From: a virus
Length of the DNA stretch: 64,000 nt
Strand: one strand, 5' to 3'
IMG/VR virus record: IMGVR_UViG_3300028392_000049
Location: 24,680-88,679 of that record
Position numbers and translations under genes: made by a program. This document shows positions 37,945-48,773 of this stretch, piece by piece (the first letter of the stretch is position 1; every line of letters starts with the position of its first letter). The notes below the pieces were generated by a model. It was not told the DNA's origin. It made no database searches and was given only the letters and a program-made list of their open reading frames with translations.

Positions 37945-40371
37945 TTATCCTATAATTACAGCAGTGTATGAAGTCGCCGTAGTAGCCGCTACTGCAAATG
38001 TGACAGTAGTTGAGTTAGTTACGGTAACATCTAGTTCTACAAGAACACCAGATGGATCAAATACCTGAACCAAAACTGCGGTGGTTCCTAGTGTGTGGGT
38101 AACTGTAGTGCTGGTTACCGATGAGAAGTTTAGAGTTCCAGTTGCCTTAGATGTAGATGTGCTAATACCCAAAAGCGTACGTACTGAAGATGTAGAGGTA
38201 GGAACATACTTAGTTCCATCGCCAACAGCAAAGTAGTTATTAGTAGCAGTAGCCGAGTTGCCTGTACCACCCTGAGCCACAGTCAAAGCAGTTGTAAGTC
38301 CAGTAATGCTGGTGATATCTGAGTTAGCGCCCGATCCCGCTGCTGATAAAGCTGTACGAGCAAGTGCAGCCGTAGTTGCCGCAGTTCCACCCTGAGCAAT
38401 AGATAGCGCAGTTGTTAAACCTGTAATGCTTGTGATATCTGAGTTAGCCCCTAATGAAGCAGCGCTAAGTGATGTGCGAGCAAGGGCAGCCGTTGTAGCA
38501 GCAGTACCACCTTGAGCAATTGATAATGCAGTAGTCAAACCGCCAAGGCTAGTAATATCAGTATTAGCACCTGAAGCGGCTGCTGACAAAGATGTGCGAG
38601 CAAGAGCAGCCGTTGTTGCCCCAGTACCACCATTAGGAACAGAGAGTGCAGTAGTAAGAGTTGTGATACCGCTTGCGGTAATATATCCCGAGGCATCTAC
38701 TTTAGCAACAGCAGTAGACGTATTTCTCCATTGTTGAAGATCGGCCGTTTGACTTGTAGTTCCGTATACACTCAACGGAACTGAGTTGGTAGCCACTGAT
38801 TGGATAAGAACACCATTAGTACCTGGGTTAGAAATACCAACACCAATAGAGTTAAACTGTGCGTTGGATCCAGTTCCTAAATTTAATGCAGTAGCAGCTT
38901 GTGTAGCAGTTATTTGACCCGTACCACCTTGACCAATAGACAGAGCAGTTGTTAAACCAGATAGCTGTGTAATGTCTGAGTTAAGCCCAGAGGCCGCTGC
39001 AGATAAAGCTGTGCGAGCAAGAGGGGCCGTAGTAGCCCCCGTACCACCATTAGCAATAGCTACGGTACCTGTTACGTTTGCGGCATTGCCCGTGATATTT
39101 CCTGAAATTGCAGAACCAGGAACTGAGGTTGAGGCTGTTACGGCACTAGCGCCGTTACCATACAAGAACCCTGTTAGACCTGTAAGAGTTGCTCCAGCAA
39201 ATGTTGGGCTGGCACTAGTAGCCACAGATTGTGGAATACCAATTTGTAGAGTACCTGAGCCAACAGTGGCAGTGATGTTGCTAGTTGAAAGTGAAGCAAC
39301 CGTGTAGTTAGTGCCGTTACCAATAAGAAGCTGACCATTGGTAGGAGTAGCCGTTGTTCCAGTACCGCCTTGGTTAGGGTTTACCGTACCGCTGATGTTA
39401 CCATTGGCAAATATCGAAAATGTAATAGCGTTAGCTGTGGTGTTATTGCCTGTAATTGCCACAGGTTTGTTTACTTGAATGTAAGAAAATTTACCATTGG
39501 CTGTTCCGTTAATTACAAAAGCAAAATCTCCAGCGGCTACGTTAGGTACAGAATTGTAGTCGGTAGCACGAGTAAGTACCCAGTTAGTTGAAACACTTCC
39601 AAGAGTTGTTATTACATAAACACCATTTTGGTCTGTAAAAGTCTGGTCTTTTAAAAGAACACGAGTACCGTTAGTTACATCAGAAGCTTGGAAAGTGTAA
39701 CCATCAAGAGCAAATATTGCTTGTGTTCCGCTATTAGTAAGCGTTGCGCCTACTCCAGAGGTACCATTTGCGTAAGTTCCTGCAAGGTTTGCTGTTGACG
39801 CATAAGAAACAGCATCGTGAGCGTTAAGCCCCGTGGCAATTGTATCAACATAACTTTTGTTAGTTACATCTAAAGCGTTTACAGGTGTTGTAGCGCGAAT
39901 AGTAAACCCAGAGCCGCTGAAGTCCACATTAGCACTGAGCGTGTTACTTAGGTCACTTAATTTGATTGCTGAGTGGTCTGTTCCAGCATGACGGTGAACG
40001 TGGTCAGAACGGGCATAGGTAAGGGCTGTACCGTCAGCAGCAGTAGCAGCAAGGTTAGCAGGAGAGCCAAATGCATCAGCCTGAGTCCACGTAGAGCCGT
40101 TTGAATAATAGATAAGTGTGTTGTCTGTAGCATAGTAGAAAGTGCCTACGTTACCTGCAGCGGCTGACGGACGGGCAGATAAAAGACCAGCGGTAATACC
40201 GCCAGCGTTAATCCAGCCAGAGCCATTGTAGAAGTACAACACATTAGCAGTAGTGTCGTAGTAGACCTGACCAGCAACAGGAGATGCGGGAGATCCCGAT
40301 AGGTTTTGAATACGGGCATTTTGAAGCTCGTTTTTACCAAGATCGATTGGGGTTAAAAATTTACGTGCCAT
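37945..40371 (-). CDS. Long tail fibre protein
   Basis: RVLLKDQT...QNGVY...LTRATD domain; repeated GGTGATT units. Confidence 0.8.
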   Translation of the reverse strand: MARKFLTPIDLGKNELQNARIQNLSGSPASPVAGQVYYDTTANVLYFYNGSGWINAGGITAGLLSARPSAAAGNVGTFYYATDNTLIYYSNGSTWTQADAFGSPANLAATAADGTALTYARSDHVHRHAGTDHSAIKLSDLSNTLSANVDFSGSGFTIRATTPVNALDVTNKSYVDTIATGLNAHDAVSYASTANLAGTYANGTSGVGATLTNSGTQAIFALDGYTFQASDVTNGTRVLLKDQTFTDQNGVYVITTLGSVSTNWVLTRATDYNSVPNVAAGDFAFVINGTANGKFSYIQVNKPVAITGNNTTANAITFSIFANGNISGTVNPNQGGTGTTATPTNGQLLIGNGTNYTVASLSTSNITATVGSGTLQIGIPQSVATSASPTFAGATLTGLTGFLYGNGASAVTASTSVPGSAISGNITGNAANVTGTVAIANGGTGATTAPLARTALSAAASGLNSDITQLSGLTTALSIGQGGTGQITATQAATALNLGTGSNAQFNSIGVGISNPGTNGVLIQSVATNSVPLSVYGTTSQTADLQQWRNTSTAVAKVDASGYITASGITTLTTALSVPNGGTGATTAALARTSLSAAASGANTDITSLGGLTTALSIAQGGTAATTAALARTSLSAASLGANSDITSITGLTTALSIAQGGTAATTAALARTALSAAGSGANSDITSITGLTTALTVAQGGTGNSATATNNYFAVGDGTKYVPTSTSSVRTLLGISTSTSKATGTLNFSSVTSTTVTHTLGTTAVLVQVFDPSGVLVELDVTVTNSTTVTFAVAATTATSYTAVIIG
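38260..38660 (-). repeat. Tandem 39-aa (117-bp) repeats in the tail fibre
   Basis: [40 protein letters not shown] repeated about 3.5 times, with another copy near 38930-39060. Confidence 0.85.
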
Positions 40372-40380
40372 TTACATCTC

Positions 40381-40728
40381 CTAAGATAGGTACGCCACGC
40401 CACTGAAAGCGGCTGAAAAAGATACGGTTAAAGCGTTGTTACTAGTCCATACAACAGAGCCCTCTACTTGAGAGCCTCCTGAATCCACTACAGACACATT
40501 TGGAAAATAACCCAAGTTATGTGTAATAGTCCATGTAGATGCTGGAGAGTTCTGTGTGAACTTGTAGTTTCCACCAGATACTCCCTGTGGACCAGCAGGG
40601 CCGACAGGGCCTTGAGGACCAATAGTTGTACCACTGACATTGACAGCGCTAGTGGTCGTTGAGCTTGGTGTGGGGGGCACCACAACTACAGATGGAGTAG
40701 TTGGTGGAATAACTACTACAGTTGTCAT
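40381..40728 (-). CDS. Minor tail/collar protein with short collagen-like segment
   Basis: GPQGPVGPAGPQG; WTITHNLGYFPNVSVVD. Confidence 0.7.
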   Translation of the reverse strand: MTTVVVIPPTTPSVVVVPPTPSSTTTSAVNVSGTTIGPQGPVGPAGPQGVSGGNYKFTQNSPASTWTITHNLGYFPNVSVVDSGGSQVEGSVVWTSNNALTVSFSAAFSGVAYLS

Positions 40729-41786
40729 GGTGTCACCGTAATTTGCTTATTAGCAAAAACCAATCCACGAACATAGGTCTGATCAAAGGTTCCATCGGCG
40801 CTAGTAACCTGCATGTCCCAGAAAGACTTAAGTGGGAAAATTTCAGTCTGGGCAGGAGTTAGGGAAAGAGTGACCTTACCATTTACACGGTCTGTGTAGG
40901 CAACGGTAAACTCTGCTACAAGTAGAGGTGAGCCTGGGTAAGTTCTAGCTTGAGCCTTGACCGTGTATCCAGTTAAGTTAAATCCAGTAATGTCAAACTC
41001 AACACTCCAGTTGTCTCCTTGGGTAAAGACAATGTCATATACGCCAACTGGATCTGGAAGTGGAGTGCGGCCTCGCATGTCATTTTCAAGGTATACGCGC
41101 TCTGCCTGAGTACTATCATCAATTTCTTGAGGCATGTACACAGGAACAAGACGATTAGTTGTACGGCTAATGCGACGTAAAATACCAACTTCAATACGCC
41201 ACAACCCAATGTTTAGGGCTGAACAAAGCTCACGGTATTGTTCTTTACGCTGTCCAATGATTCCAGAAAGTTGTTGAAAACGTTGACCGCGAGGAATGTT
41301 TACGCCATCTGGGGCAGAGATGTTAATATCAAAAGCTGCGTCAGTAGCTAGTGCCCATAACGCCTCTACCGTGGCCAGGAGAGCTACTGGATACTCTTCT
41401 ACGGGTGGTATAAGAGCTAGAGTAATATTTCTACCATAAGCATCTGTTTTGTTGTCCGTGTGTTGTAGAACGGCAGTGTTAATAAAAGTATTTAATTCAG
41501 TCGTTGTGAAGTATCGATAGTGAGTTCCAGCAATAACAATGACAGAGTTTAAAGCGGGGGCAGTGGCAAAGTGAATAATTCCAATGTTTTCTTCTACAGT
41601 AAAATCTGCAGGGTTAGCCTTAGCCGTACCATTAACGGTAACCGTTAGGTATGTGGCATCCACAGGCTTCACTTTAAGATAAAAATCTTTGGTAGACCCA
41701 TCACCAGTAAGTGTGGTTGTAAACTGAGCGGCGTTATCGCCAAGCTCTAGACGTACCCGTGACATCAAGTCGGCAATAACAGCCAC
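40725..41786 (-). CDS. Head-to-tail adaptor
   Basis: RVRLELGD N-terminus; position after the capsid genes. Confidence 0.65.
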   Translation of the reverse strand: MAVIADLMSRVRLELGDNAAQFTTTLTGDGSTKDFYLKVKPVDATYLTVTVNGTAKANPADFTVEENIGIIHFATAPALNSVIVIAGTHYRYFTTTELNTFINTAVLQHTDNKTDAYGRNITLALIPPVEEYPVALLATVEALWALATDAAFDINISAPDGVNIPRGQRFQQLSGIIGQRKEQYRELCSALNIGLWRIEVGILRRISRTTNRLVPVYMPQEIDDSTQAERVYLENDMRGRTPLPDPVGVYDIVFTQGDNWSVEFDITGFNLTGYTVKAQARTYPGSPLLVAEFTVAYTDRVNGKVTLSLTPAQTEIFPLKSFWDMQVTSADGTFDQTYVRGLVFANKQITVTP

Positions 41787-41813
41787 AAAAACTCCTTAGA
41801 TACGCTCTAATAA

Positions 41814-41849
41814 ATAATGCCCTATTTCTTAATGAAATACTGCCTAAAA
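41814..41849 (-). promoter_or_regulatory. Candidate late promoter
   Basis: TTTTAGGC-N22-CATTAT. Confidence 0.55.
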
Positions 41850-41887
41850 CAGAAATGGGGCCCGAAGGCCCCACCTCTAAAACCTGC

Positions 41888-42256
41888 TTAGATTACTCCA
41901 GCAAGGTATCCTTTTTCTTCAAGGTGACGAGCCAAGTCTTGATCTACCTGGTACTTTTGGCCTGGCTTAAAAGAATAGTAATTTCCTGCGCCGAAAGTCA
42001 TGTTTTCAATTTCTTCGACTACGCGGATAGTGACGGTCTTGCCTTCGTTAGAAACGATGGTGGGTTCGTCTACAATGACTGTTGCACGGTTAGGAACCGT
42101 TGCGTCAATAATGTCGTTATTAATTGCGTTCTGCTTTTCCGCAGTCGCCATTGCCATTGTTTCGGCAGCCTTTTGCTGCTGTTCTGCTGCAGCTGCTGCA
42201 GCTGCTTCACGCTGACGACCTGTTGCGTCAGTAGGCTTTGCTTTTGCTGTTGCCAT
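41888..42256 (-). CDS. Hypothetical protein downstream of the capsid gene
   Basis: GGAG RBS; FKPGQKYQV...HLEEKGY. Confidence 0.75.
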   Translation of the reverse strand: MATAKAKPTDATGRQREAAAAAAAEQQQKAAETMAMATAEKQNAINNDIIDATVPNRATVIVDEPTIVSNEGKTVTIRVVEEIENMTFGAGNYYSFKPGQKYQVDQDLARHLEEKGYLAGVI

Positions 42257-42294
42257 GATTGTTTTCTCCAATGTTAGTGTCTGTAAAGGGGTGA

Positions 42295-42320
42295 AAGGGG
42301 GGCCCGAAAGCCCCCCTCTC
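42295..42320 (-). terminator. Hairpin after the major capsid gene
   Basis: gaggggggctttcgggcccccctt on the minus strand. Confidence 0.6.
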
Positions 42321-42330
42321 GGAGTCTTGA

Positions 42331-43401
42331 TTAGTTAGTTTCGGCGATTACGATAGCCTGATCGGTAATGAGGCCCAGTCCGAAGATTGAGTACCATGCA
42401 AGGGCATGCTCACGACCGAAGTCAAGGATACCACCATCACGCAATTCAACTGGCAATGAGATAGCGTGACCGAAAGCGTTGTCACCAATGAAGATGGCGC
42501 TGTAGCGGTCTGCTGAACCATTACCTGTGAAGGTGTTAGGTGTTGTGTAGCCTCCACCAGCAGAAACAACAGGAGTCGAAACAGCTGTATCTGCGGTGTA
42601 GCTTGTGCCTGCTCCACCTGGAACCTTGAGAACCTGTGTGGTTTCAATGAACACGGTGTCGTACAAGCGACCGATTTCACCAAGCATGAAGTTACCAGGT
42701 GCGGCGTACTTCGTTACTTCAATGAATTCAGGGTTGTCGCGGAGCTTGCGGCTCTGGTGCGGGTGAACGAAAGCAACGTATGTTTCGCCCAGACGTGGGA
42801 TATTCTTGGTAGCAAGTGTTTCAACAGCGTCCTTGACGGTTGCAGTTGTAAGACTGAAGTTACCAGTCATCGATGCACGGCTTGTGCCCTTTGTACCATA
42901 GTCGTACCAGTTGTTGACTGCTGACAAGCTTGAACGGTCGTAACCGTAGATTGCTGACGTAGCACCGTAAAGGGTGTCGCGTGAAATCTGGTCAAGGTAG
43001 ATAGCCATGTTGCGACCCAGAAGACGTGAAGCCGAAGCCATAACATCATCGAAAGAAGCATTGAGGAGAAGTTCTGAAACAGCAAGCGCGTAGCCGTGCT
43101 CCGAAACTGTGATGCTGAACTGCTGTGCAGTCAAAGCATTTGTGGTCATACGTACGCCTTCAACCAATGGCTGTGCAAAGCCAAGGTTGTTGTAACGCAT
43201 GAAGTTGATTTGCAAACCTGGTGCAACACCAAGTTCTGTCTTCTTTACAGCAAACTGCTCAAAGCGAAGAATCGGCATAGCCTGGAAAAGGATTTCCTTT
43301 GACCAGATCTGCTGAATCGCCTGAGTAAGCTGCGAGTTTGTGCCTGAGTAGGCGGTAGGTGACGCGGCGAGATTGCCTGTACCTGTTAATGCGCTAGCCA
43401 C
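42331..43401 (-). CDS. Major capsid protein (N4-gp56-like family)
   Basis: LRFEQFA, EHGYA, YVAFVHPHQ, GEIGRLY..VFIET, DFGREH..AWY; follows the scaffold gene. Confidence 0.92.
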   Translation of the reverse strand: MASALTGTGNLAASPTAYSGTNSQLTQAIQQIWSKEILFQAMPILRFEQFAVKKTELGVAPGLQINFMRYNNLGFAQPLVEGVRMTTNALTAQQFSITVSEHGYALAVSELLLNASFDDVMASASRLLGRNMAIYLDQISRDTLYGATSAIYGYDRSSLSAVNNWYDYGTKGTSRASMTGNFSLTTATVKDAVETLATKNIPRLGETYVAFVHPHQSRKLRDNPEFIEVTKYAAPGNFMLGEIGRLYDTVFIETTQVLKVPGGAGTSYTADTAVSTPVVSAGGGYTTPNTFTGNGSADRYSAIFIGDNAFGHAISLPVELRDGGILDFGREHALAWYSIFGLGLITDQAIVIAETN

Positions 43402-43437
43402 TTGTGACTCCTAGTTGTTGTTTTTTGATTTTTGGGA

Positions 43438-44229
43438 TTAACCGAACAAGCCCTTTGACTGCCCTTGAGCTTTGTTGCTCAAGAGTTGGCTACGATACTT
43501 AGCGTAATCATTCAACGACATAGACGAGATGTCTTCTGCCGTAAACTGACGGTTACCAGTTTCGATATCCAAAGGACCAGCATTCGAAGGGGTAGTGACT
43601 CTTGTTCCTGGCATATCCCTACGAGCAGCTTGCATAGCTTGCTGTGCTGCTTCTAGGATACTGGAGGACTTAGCCTTTAGTCCTTGAATACTGTCTTCAA
43701 TTTCTTCGGGGGTGTTACCTTGTACGTAGTCAATCAGATCAGGAATGATGTTCTCGGATTCCTGCTGAATGCGTTCTGTACGGTAACTGTTTAGTTCTGC
43801 AAACGACTTTTCGCGTTCCAGAAGAGCAAAGGCTCGTTCGCGTTCGTTACGCTCACGTTCCAGCTGCTCCGACCATTCAGTTTCCTTGACCTTAAGTAGG
43901 TCGCGGAGTTCAAGCTCTTCTTCTTGCTTGCGCTTAGATTCTTCAGCAATTTGGGCTTCGCGAGCGGTTTGCTCGGCTAGCTTCTGTGCTGATTCTTCTT
44001 CACGTTCACGCTTAATGGCATCAAGTTCTTCTTTGAGGCTACTAATTTGTGGGTAGAGCTTATCTTTTTCCTGGCTGCGAACTCGTGCCAAGTCCTCATC
44101 TGTGTATAACTTGTTTGAGTTTGCCGAAGTAGCAGCGGGTGCGTCAGCGCCCGAATTTACTGCTACTGGAGTTACGTTTGCTTCAGATGCAAAAGCATCT
44201 ACAGCGTCTGCATTTACAGAAGTTGTCAT
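43438..44229 (-). CDS. Capsid scaffolding protein
   Basis: Coiled-coil, acidic; between portal and capsid genes. Confidence 0.8.
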   Translation of the reverse strand: MTTSVNADAVDAFASEANVTPVAVNSGADAPAATSANSNKLYTDEDLARVRSQEKDKLYPQISSLKEELDAIKREREEESAQKLAEQTAREAQIAEESKRKQEEELELRDLLKVKETEWSEQLERERNERERAFALLEREKSFAELNSYRTERIQQESENIIPDLIDYVQGNTPEEIEDSIQGLKAKSSSILEAAQQAMQAARRDMPGTRVTTPSNAGPLDIETGNRQFTAEDISSMSLNDYAKYRSQLLSNKAQGQSKGLFG

Positions 44230-44314
44230 ACTATTTCCTTAGTTTTCTCTGGGTCGTTTTCCGAATTTGGGTTAATCCCGTAACACATTTGACCGAACAT
44301 TTGTTTCTATACTT

Positions 44315-44350
44315 ATTTTTGTACGAATACACGCCGTTGTCTGGTTAAAC
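44315..44350 (-). promoter_or_regulatory. Candidate late promoter
   Basis: GTTTAACC-N22-AAAAAT. Confidence 0.45.
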
Positions 44351-44358
44351 TAGTGCGT

Positions 44359-46083
44359 TTACTCGTACTCTGACGGAGCCCTTCGGTTAGGAAGAGTTGT
44401 TCCGTAAGCCTTTGTAACGAGGTCCATGCGAAGCTGTTGTTCGGCCTCTGAGGACGCAATGAGTGCACCATCCAATGGAGGTGCTACTGGAGGCACTGTC
44501 TCAGCACCAGGAGCAGGTGCAGAAGGGCCGCCAGGCTGTCCTGGACCCATAGGAACTGGTTGACCACCAAGTCCGCCTGAGAGCATTCCTGTGAGTTCAG
44601 CGATGGTATTTTCAATTTGAGTTTGTACCAACTTAACAGCGCCATCAGCCTTAGCATCTTGCAAGAGTTCCATACGAATTTCTTCAAGCTTTTCGTAAGG
44701 GAATTCTTCGCCAAGCGTGCGCAAAGCACCAGCCTTTGACTCTAGTCCCAAAGACATCTTGGTCTGTACCTCGTTAAGTACAATCAGTTTATCCAAAGGC
44801 AATGGTGGCATGAAATGAACTTCATTTTGATAAGTCAATGGATCATTGATATCAAGAATTTGGGCTTCTCCTTGATTTAATGCGCCTTCAATAGCAGGGT
44901 TCCAAATAAGAGCTTCAGGTTCTTTGATGGCAAGATTAAGAAGGATTAGTTCGTTAATACGTTGAATGCCACGCTTGTACTGAGTAATCTTCTGGTGCCA
45001 CTTATTCATTAAAGGTTGGAACTGAATAGAAAGTGCAACACCAGAGGTGTTAGAAATGGGTTGCGCCATGCCCAAAGCAGTTTCAGGAACGCCCACCATT
45101 TCGTGCATGGCCTTCTTCATTAGGGCTAGGAACTCCATAGCGCCCTTTAAGCCCTGTGAGCCACCCTCAAGGTTTTGAACCTTAGCGTCCTTAGGAAGAC
45201 CGCCCCAGACCTTGTTAGCGCCCTTCTCTAACTGATTAGCCTTAGCTCCAGTAATAACAGTAACAGGAGCAGCGTGGTAGTTAACAATGTCGGCAATGTC
45301 CGTAGAAACTTCATTGTACGTACGGTTGATTGGGATAATGTCGTAGCAGTCGGCAAGACCCCAAGGAGAGCCTGAAACGCGAACATTAGGAATATGAATG
45401 ATAGGAATAGTGCCGAGAGGATTAGGTCGTGAATCAATAAGTTCGTCATTGATATACTCCTCAATAATGTCATCTGTCAAGATTTCAGTGTAAGTGAATA
45501 CCTGCCGAGTTCCTTCAAGCGAGGTGCCCCAGAATCGGTACTTTAGCTTGAATCGGATCAACCGTTCGCGGTCATGCGGGTGAAACTCGGGGAAACAAAA
45601 CGATGCGTTAAGTGGCAAGATGCGAACCTTGCCTGGGTGCATACGACCAATGGTGTCAGCGTAAGCTTCTTCATAAGCAACCTTAACAAAGCAATCTCCA
45701 GAGACTGAGCCTTGCTGACCCATTTCCCAAAGCACAGTACCTTTGTCGTTGTCAGTATCCCAAACGCGTTCTAGAAGATCGGGCACAATGCCTTCGGTCT
45801 GCTTAGGGCTACGGAAGTGCATTCCATGCCCAAATGAGAAGTTGATAATGTAATCTGTGAGCGCACGGTAATAGTTAAATACCATTGAGGGCTCACCAGC
45901 CTGACGGCGGTAAGATGTATGATGGCCTAGGTACATAGCCCAGTTAAGGGAATAACGGTTTAGGCGGGGGCCGTGAACTTCAAATTCTTCATCAGCAAGT
46001 TCTACAAGACCCAAAGGTGAAATGGAGATAGTAAGGTCAGACGATGCCGCCCTATAACTGGGTGGCGAGAAGTCAATACTCAT
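44359..46083 (-). CDS. Portal protein (SPP1 gp6-like)
   Basis: FNYYRAL, GDCFVKV, NPLGTIPIIHIPN, NTSGVAL. Confidence 0.9.
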   Translation of the reverse strand: MSIDFSPPSYRAASSDLTISISPLGLVELADEEFEVHGPRLNRYSLNWAMYLGHHTSYRRQAGEPSMVFNYYRALTDYIINFSFGHGMHFRSPKQTEGIVPDLLERVWDTDNDKGTVLWEMGQQGSVSGDCFVKVAYEEAYADTIGRMHPGKVRILPLNASFCFPEFHPHDRERLIRFKLKYRFWGTSLEGTRQVFTYTEILTDDIIEEYINDELIDSRPNPLGTIPIIHIPNVRVSGSPWGLADCYDIIPINRTYNEVSTDIADIVNYHAAPVTVITGAKANQLEKGANKVWGGLPKDAKVQNLEGGSQGLKGAMEFLALMKKAMHEMVGVPETALGMAQPISNTSGVALSIQFQPLMNKWHQKITQYKRGIQRINELILLNLAIKEPEALIWNPAIEGALNQGEAQILDINDPLTYQNEVHFMPPLPLDKLIVLNEVQTKMSLGLESKAGALRTLGEEFPYEKLEEIRMELLQDAKADGAVKLVQTQIENTIAELTGMLSGGLGGQPVPMGPGQPGGPSAPAPGAETVPPVAPPLDGALIASSEAEQQLRMDLVTKAYGTTLPNRRAPSEYE

Positions 46084-46126
46084 TTACACATCTCTCCAAG
46101 TAGTAGACTTAATAATACCATAGTTC

Positions 46127-46438
46127 TTAACCACGTAGATGTTCGCCACGAATCAAGTTACGCCCCATAGGCTTAGTAACTTTTTTCTTTTGGGCGGCTT
46201 CTTTTTTGTCTTGCTCTTCTTTTACGTAGTCGCGGAAACGTGGGTCAATATCTTTTTCATGGTCAACAAATCTTCCGCCAACTTGAATGTAGCGCGAGTG
46301 TACCCAGTGGGCAGCAGCAGGTGACGGGTATACGCGAAACTTAGATTTAGCCTGTGCGACATACATGTTCCACAACTTAGGGTTAGCAGGCAACTGCTTA
46401 GGACCTTGTTGTACAGACTTGCCTTGAATAAGAGCCAT
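46127..46438 (-). CDS. Hypothetical basic protein
   Basis: PANPKLW...AKSKF..YPSPAA. Confidence 0.7.
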   Translation of the reverse strand: MALIQGKSVQQGPKQLPANPKLWNMYVAQAKSKFRVYPSPAAAHWVHSRYIQVGGRFVDHEKDIDPRFRDYVKEEQDKKEAAQKKKVTKPMGRNLIRGEHLRG

Positions 46439-46503
46439 GATAAATCCTTAGTGCCCCCCTCTAGCGTAAGGATCTAGAGGGAGGCGTCCCAGGTAGCGGG
46501 CTA

Positions 46504-46908
46504 TTAGTCCTGAACGACAGCAGGGCTTAGGCGGAACTGATGTCCACCATCGCGGAAGACCTCTTCAAAATGATTGTCGCCATGGTCAGCAAAAGCTTCC
46601 GAGGCAAACTCATTAAGAACAGTTGGTGCTTCCACCCAAGCAGCAGAACCAACGTGAGCACGCTCACGCATTGTTTCTTCAGGGAACTTTTCGAAGACGT
46701 TCTGGTTGTGGTTCGGACGGCCTGGTGCTGGGATGTATCCCTGCATAGCGCCCTTGGTGAACTCCATAGGAACATCGGTATCTGTTGCGATACCTTCTTC
46801 AAAACGTAGCGGACCACGTTGACCAGGCAGGGCTGGGCTCATGGTACGGTCGTATACAGTGCCTGGACGCTCTGGGAGCTGTGGCGCTGGTGCGATAATT
46901 TCTGACAT
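46504..46908 (-). CDS. Hypothetical protein
   Basis: 134-aa ORF with AGGAG RBS. Confidence 0.75.
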   Translation of the reverse strand: MSEIIAPAPQLPERPGTVYDRTMSPALPGQRGPLRFEEGIATDTDVPMEFTKGAMQGYIPAPGRPNHNQNVFEKFPEETMRERAHVGSAAWVEAPTVLNEFASEAFADHGDNHFEEVFRDGGHQFRLSPAVVQD

Positions 46909-46952
46909 TGGGAGAATCTCCTTAAATTAAGGTTGAGGTTACCTCACTTAAA

Positions 46953-46988
46953 ATTGTGCCATTTATTAAGTGATTTGTATGACTAAAC
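46953..46988 (-). promoter_or_regulatory. Candidate late promoter
   Basis: GTTTAGTC-N22-CACAAT. Confidence 0.55.
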
Positions 46989-46993
46989 GCGAC

Positions 46994-48574
46994 TTATCTG
47001 TAGAATGGTGAGCTTGATGTTTCTGCCTCTGGCATGGTGATGTCCAGAGTCAAAGAGCAAGCAATAGCAAGCGAGTCAGCATAATCATCATGAGCGTGTG
47101 CCTCATCAGGGGCTGCTGCCATGAAGTTAGGTCCCTTGAACTTAGTCTCAAGGTCGGTCATCTGTTGGTAAAAGCGCTTCCAGTTGCGTAAACGGCGGGT
47201 CTTAGCGTGGGCAGGAAAACCTACCATGCGGCGGTCAATAAGTTGTTTGAGATGCTTCCAACGCTTAGATTGCTCGGTTGGGCTACTTGTTAGAGAGATT
47301 ACATCGGCTCGTGGCATTAATAGCTTAAGGCGCTGAGCTACTGCGTCACCAACACCATTAGCATCTACTCCAATAAGGAACACATTGTAGTTTGAGAGAA
47401 AAGTTTGAATTTGGAAATACTGGTCTTCCCAGTCATCTCCTTGAATTTCAAGCCAGTTAAGTACTCGGTGGTCATAGTACCCAAACTCATCTGGGCGATC
47501 CCAGTCCACCCATACAACAGTAACTACCGTTGAGTCCATTTTTCGGGCAGGGTCAATACCGACCACAACAGGGCTACGATGCCACGAGCGAACAACTTCT
47601 TGACTGGTATCACCTAGATCATCCATAACTGTAGAGGTAATGAACATACCCTTTTCCAACATCCACTTACAGTTGTAAGACATTTGGAATTCATCTGAGT
47701 CTTCGCCAATGCGCATGACTTCTTTTTTAATGAACTTTTCGTACTTAGGGTTGATTTTAGAGACGTCTCGCCAGTCCCACTGAAAGTGATTTTGGCGCTT
47801 GCCCCTGTTAGTTTGACGGCGCTTATTGAGTTGAATAGAGCGGTAAAAGTTGTTCTTAACGTTTGTTGGCGTTCCTGTCTTAACCATTGTTCCTGAGTAG
47901 TATGCGAGCATAGGGCTAATAGATTTAGATACAATAAAGTCATCAGCGCCTTGACACTCATCAATAACTACTAGGTGAAATGACTTAGATTCAATTTTAG
48001 CGCGAGGGTTAGCCGTCATCATCATAAGTGTAGAACCAGAGTTCTTAAGTTTGATCTGACGGGTAATGCCAGGAACTTTTCCTAAAGAGTCGTCAATTTC
48101 AGAATCGTTAAGGATTTCTTGAGCACGTTCGGATGTAAGGCGATTGACAGTTCTACCAAACAGCGTTTCTACCTGCCCTTCAACAGGAGCAAACATGCCA
48201 ATCCAGATACCATCTTTAAACTGCCCAAGTAAGTCTGGGTACATTTGAGCAAGGCGCGGAAGTAGAACCATAAGTGTGGCTACTGTGTTAGCAATGGTTT
48301 CAGACTTGCCAGACTGGCGTGCTGCGAGGGCTGTAATCTCTTCGCCATCGTTAATAATGACGGATTCCATAATTCGGCGGGCTAGCGGAATTTGATAGGG
48401 GTGAAGCCCATGACCTACAAGGGCTTCCATAAACTGCATCATTTTGTCAATGAGCATGGCGACAAATTCTTTAGATAATTCGTCTAACTCTTCTTCTTCA
48501 GGTTCATTAAGCAGAATGTCGGGGTTCTGCTCATCTTCCTCTGAAGACTCTAAATAGAACTGATGTTCAGTCAT
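46994..48574 (-). CDS. terL: Terminase large subunit
   Basis: ARQSGKS, IDECQ, TGTP, VGIDPA, HDDYADS. Confidence 0.93.
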   Translation of the reverse strand: MTEHQFYLESSEEDEQNPDILLNEPEEEELDELSKEFVAMLIDKMMQFMEALVGHGLHPYQIPLARRIMESVIINDGEEITALAARQSGKSETIANTVATLMVLLPRLAQMYPDLLGQFKDGIWIGMFAPVEGQVETLFGRTVNRLTSERAQEILNDSEIDDSLGKVPGITRQIKLKNSGSTLMMMTANPRAKIESKSFHLVVIDECQGADDFIVSKSISPMLAYYSGTMVKTGTPTNVKNNFYRSIQLNKRRQTNRGKRQNHFQWDWRDVSKINPKYEKFIKKEVMRIGEDSDEFQMSYNCKWMLEKGMFITSTVMDDLGDTSQEVVRSWHRSPVVVGIDPARKMDSTVVTVVWVDWDRPDEFGYYDHRVLNWLEIQGDDWEDQYFQIQTFLSNYNVFLIGVDANGVGDAVAQRLKLLMPRADVISLTSSPTEQSKRWKHLKQLIDRRMVGFPAHAKTRRLRNWKRFYQQMTDLETKFKGPNFMAAAPDEAHAHDDYADSLAIACSLTLDITMPEAETSSSPFYR

Positions 48575-48650
48575 GTCTTATTACCTCTTGAGGCGTAGGT
48601 GTAATGTTATCCGTAACTAATCATGTGATTAGCGTGTCTCGTTCTATATC

Positions 48651-48686
48651 AGGCTAACTGAGTTCCATACAACAATCTTGTTAAAA
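48651..48686 (-). promoter_or_regulatory. Candidate late promoter
   Basis: TTTTAACA-N22-TAGCCT. Confidence 0.5.
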
Positions 48687-48773
48687 TACAACTTTTTGTA
48701 CAAAAGAAAACCCCAACCGAAGCTGGGGTAATCTTTGTCACCTTAGGAGAGGATAAGAAGTGAGCAGTTATAA

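Noticed and set aside
18464-39591. Numerous plus-strand Val/Ala/Pro-rich ORFs
   Set aside because: Antisense shadows of Thr/Ala/Gly-rich structural genes, with no RBS
36592-40371. Diversity-generating retroelement or invertible tail-fibre system
   Set aside because: No reverse transcriptase or invertase; the repeats are in-frame protein repeats with synonymous variation
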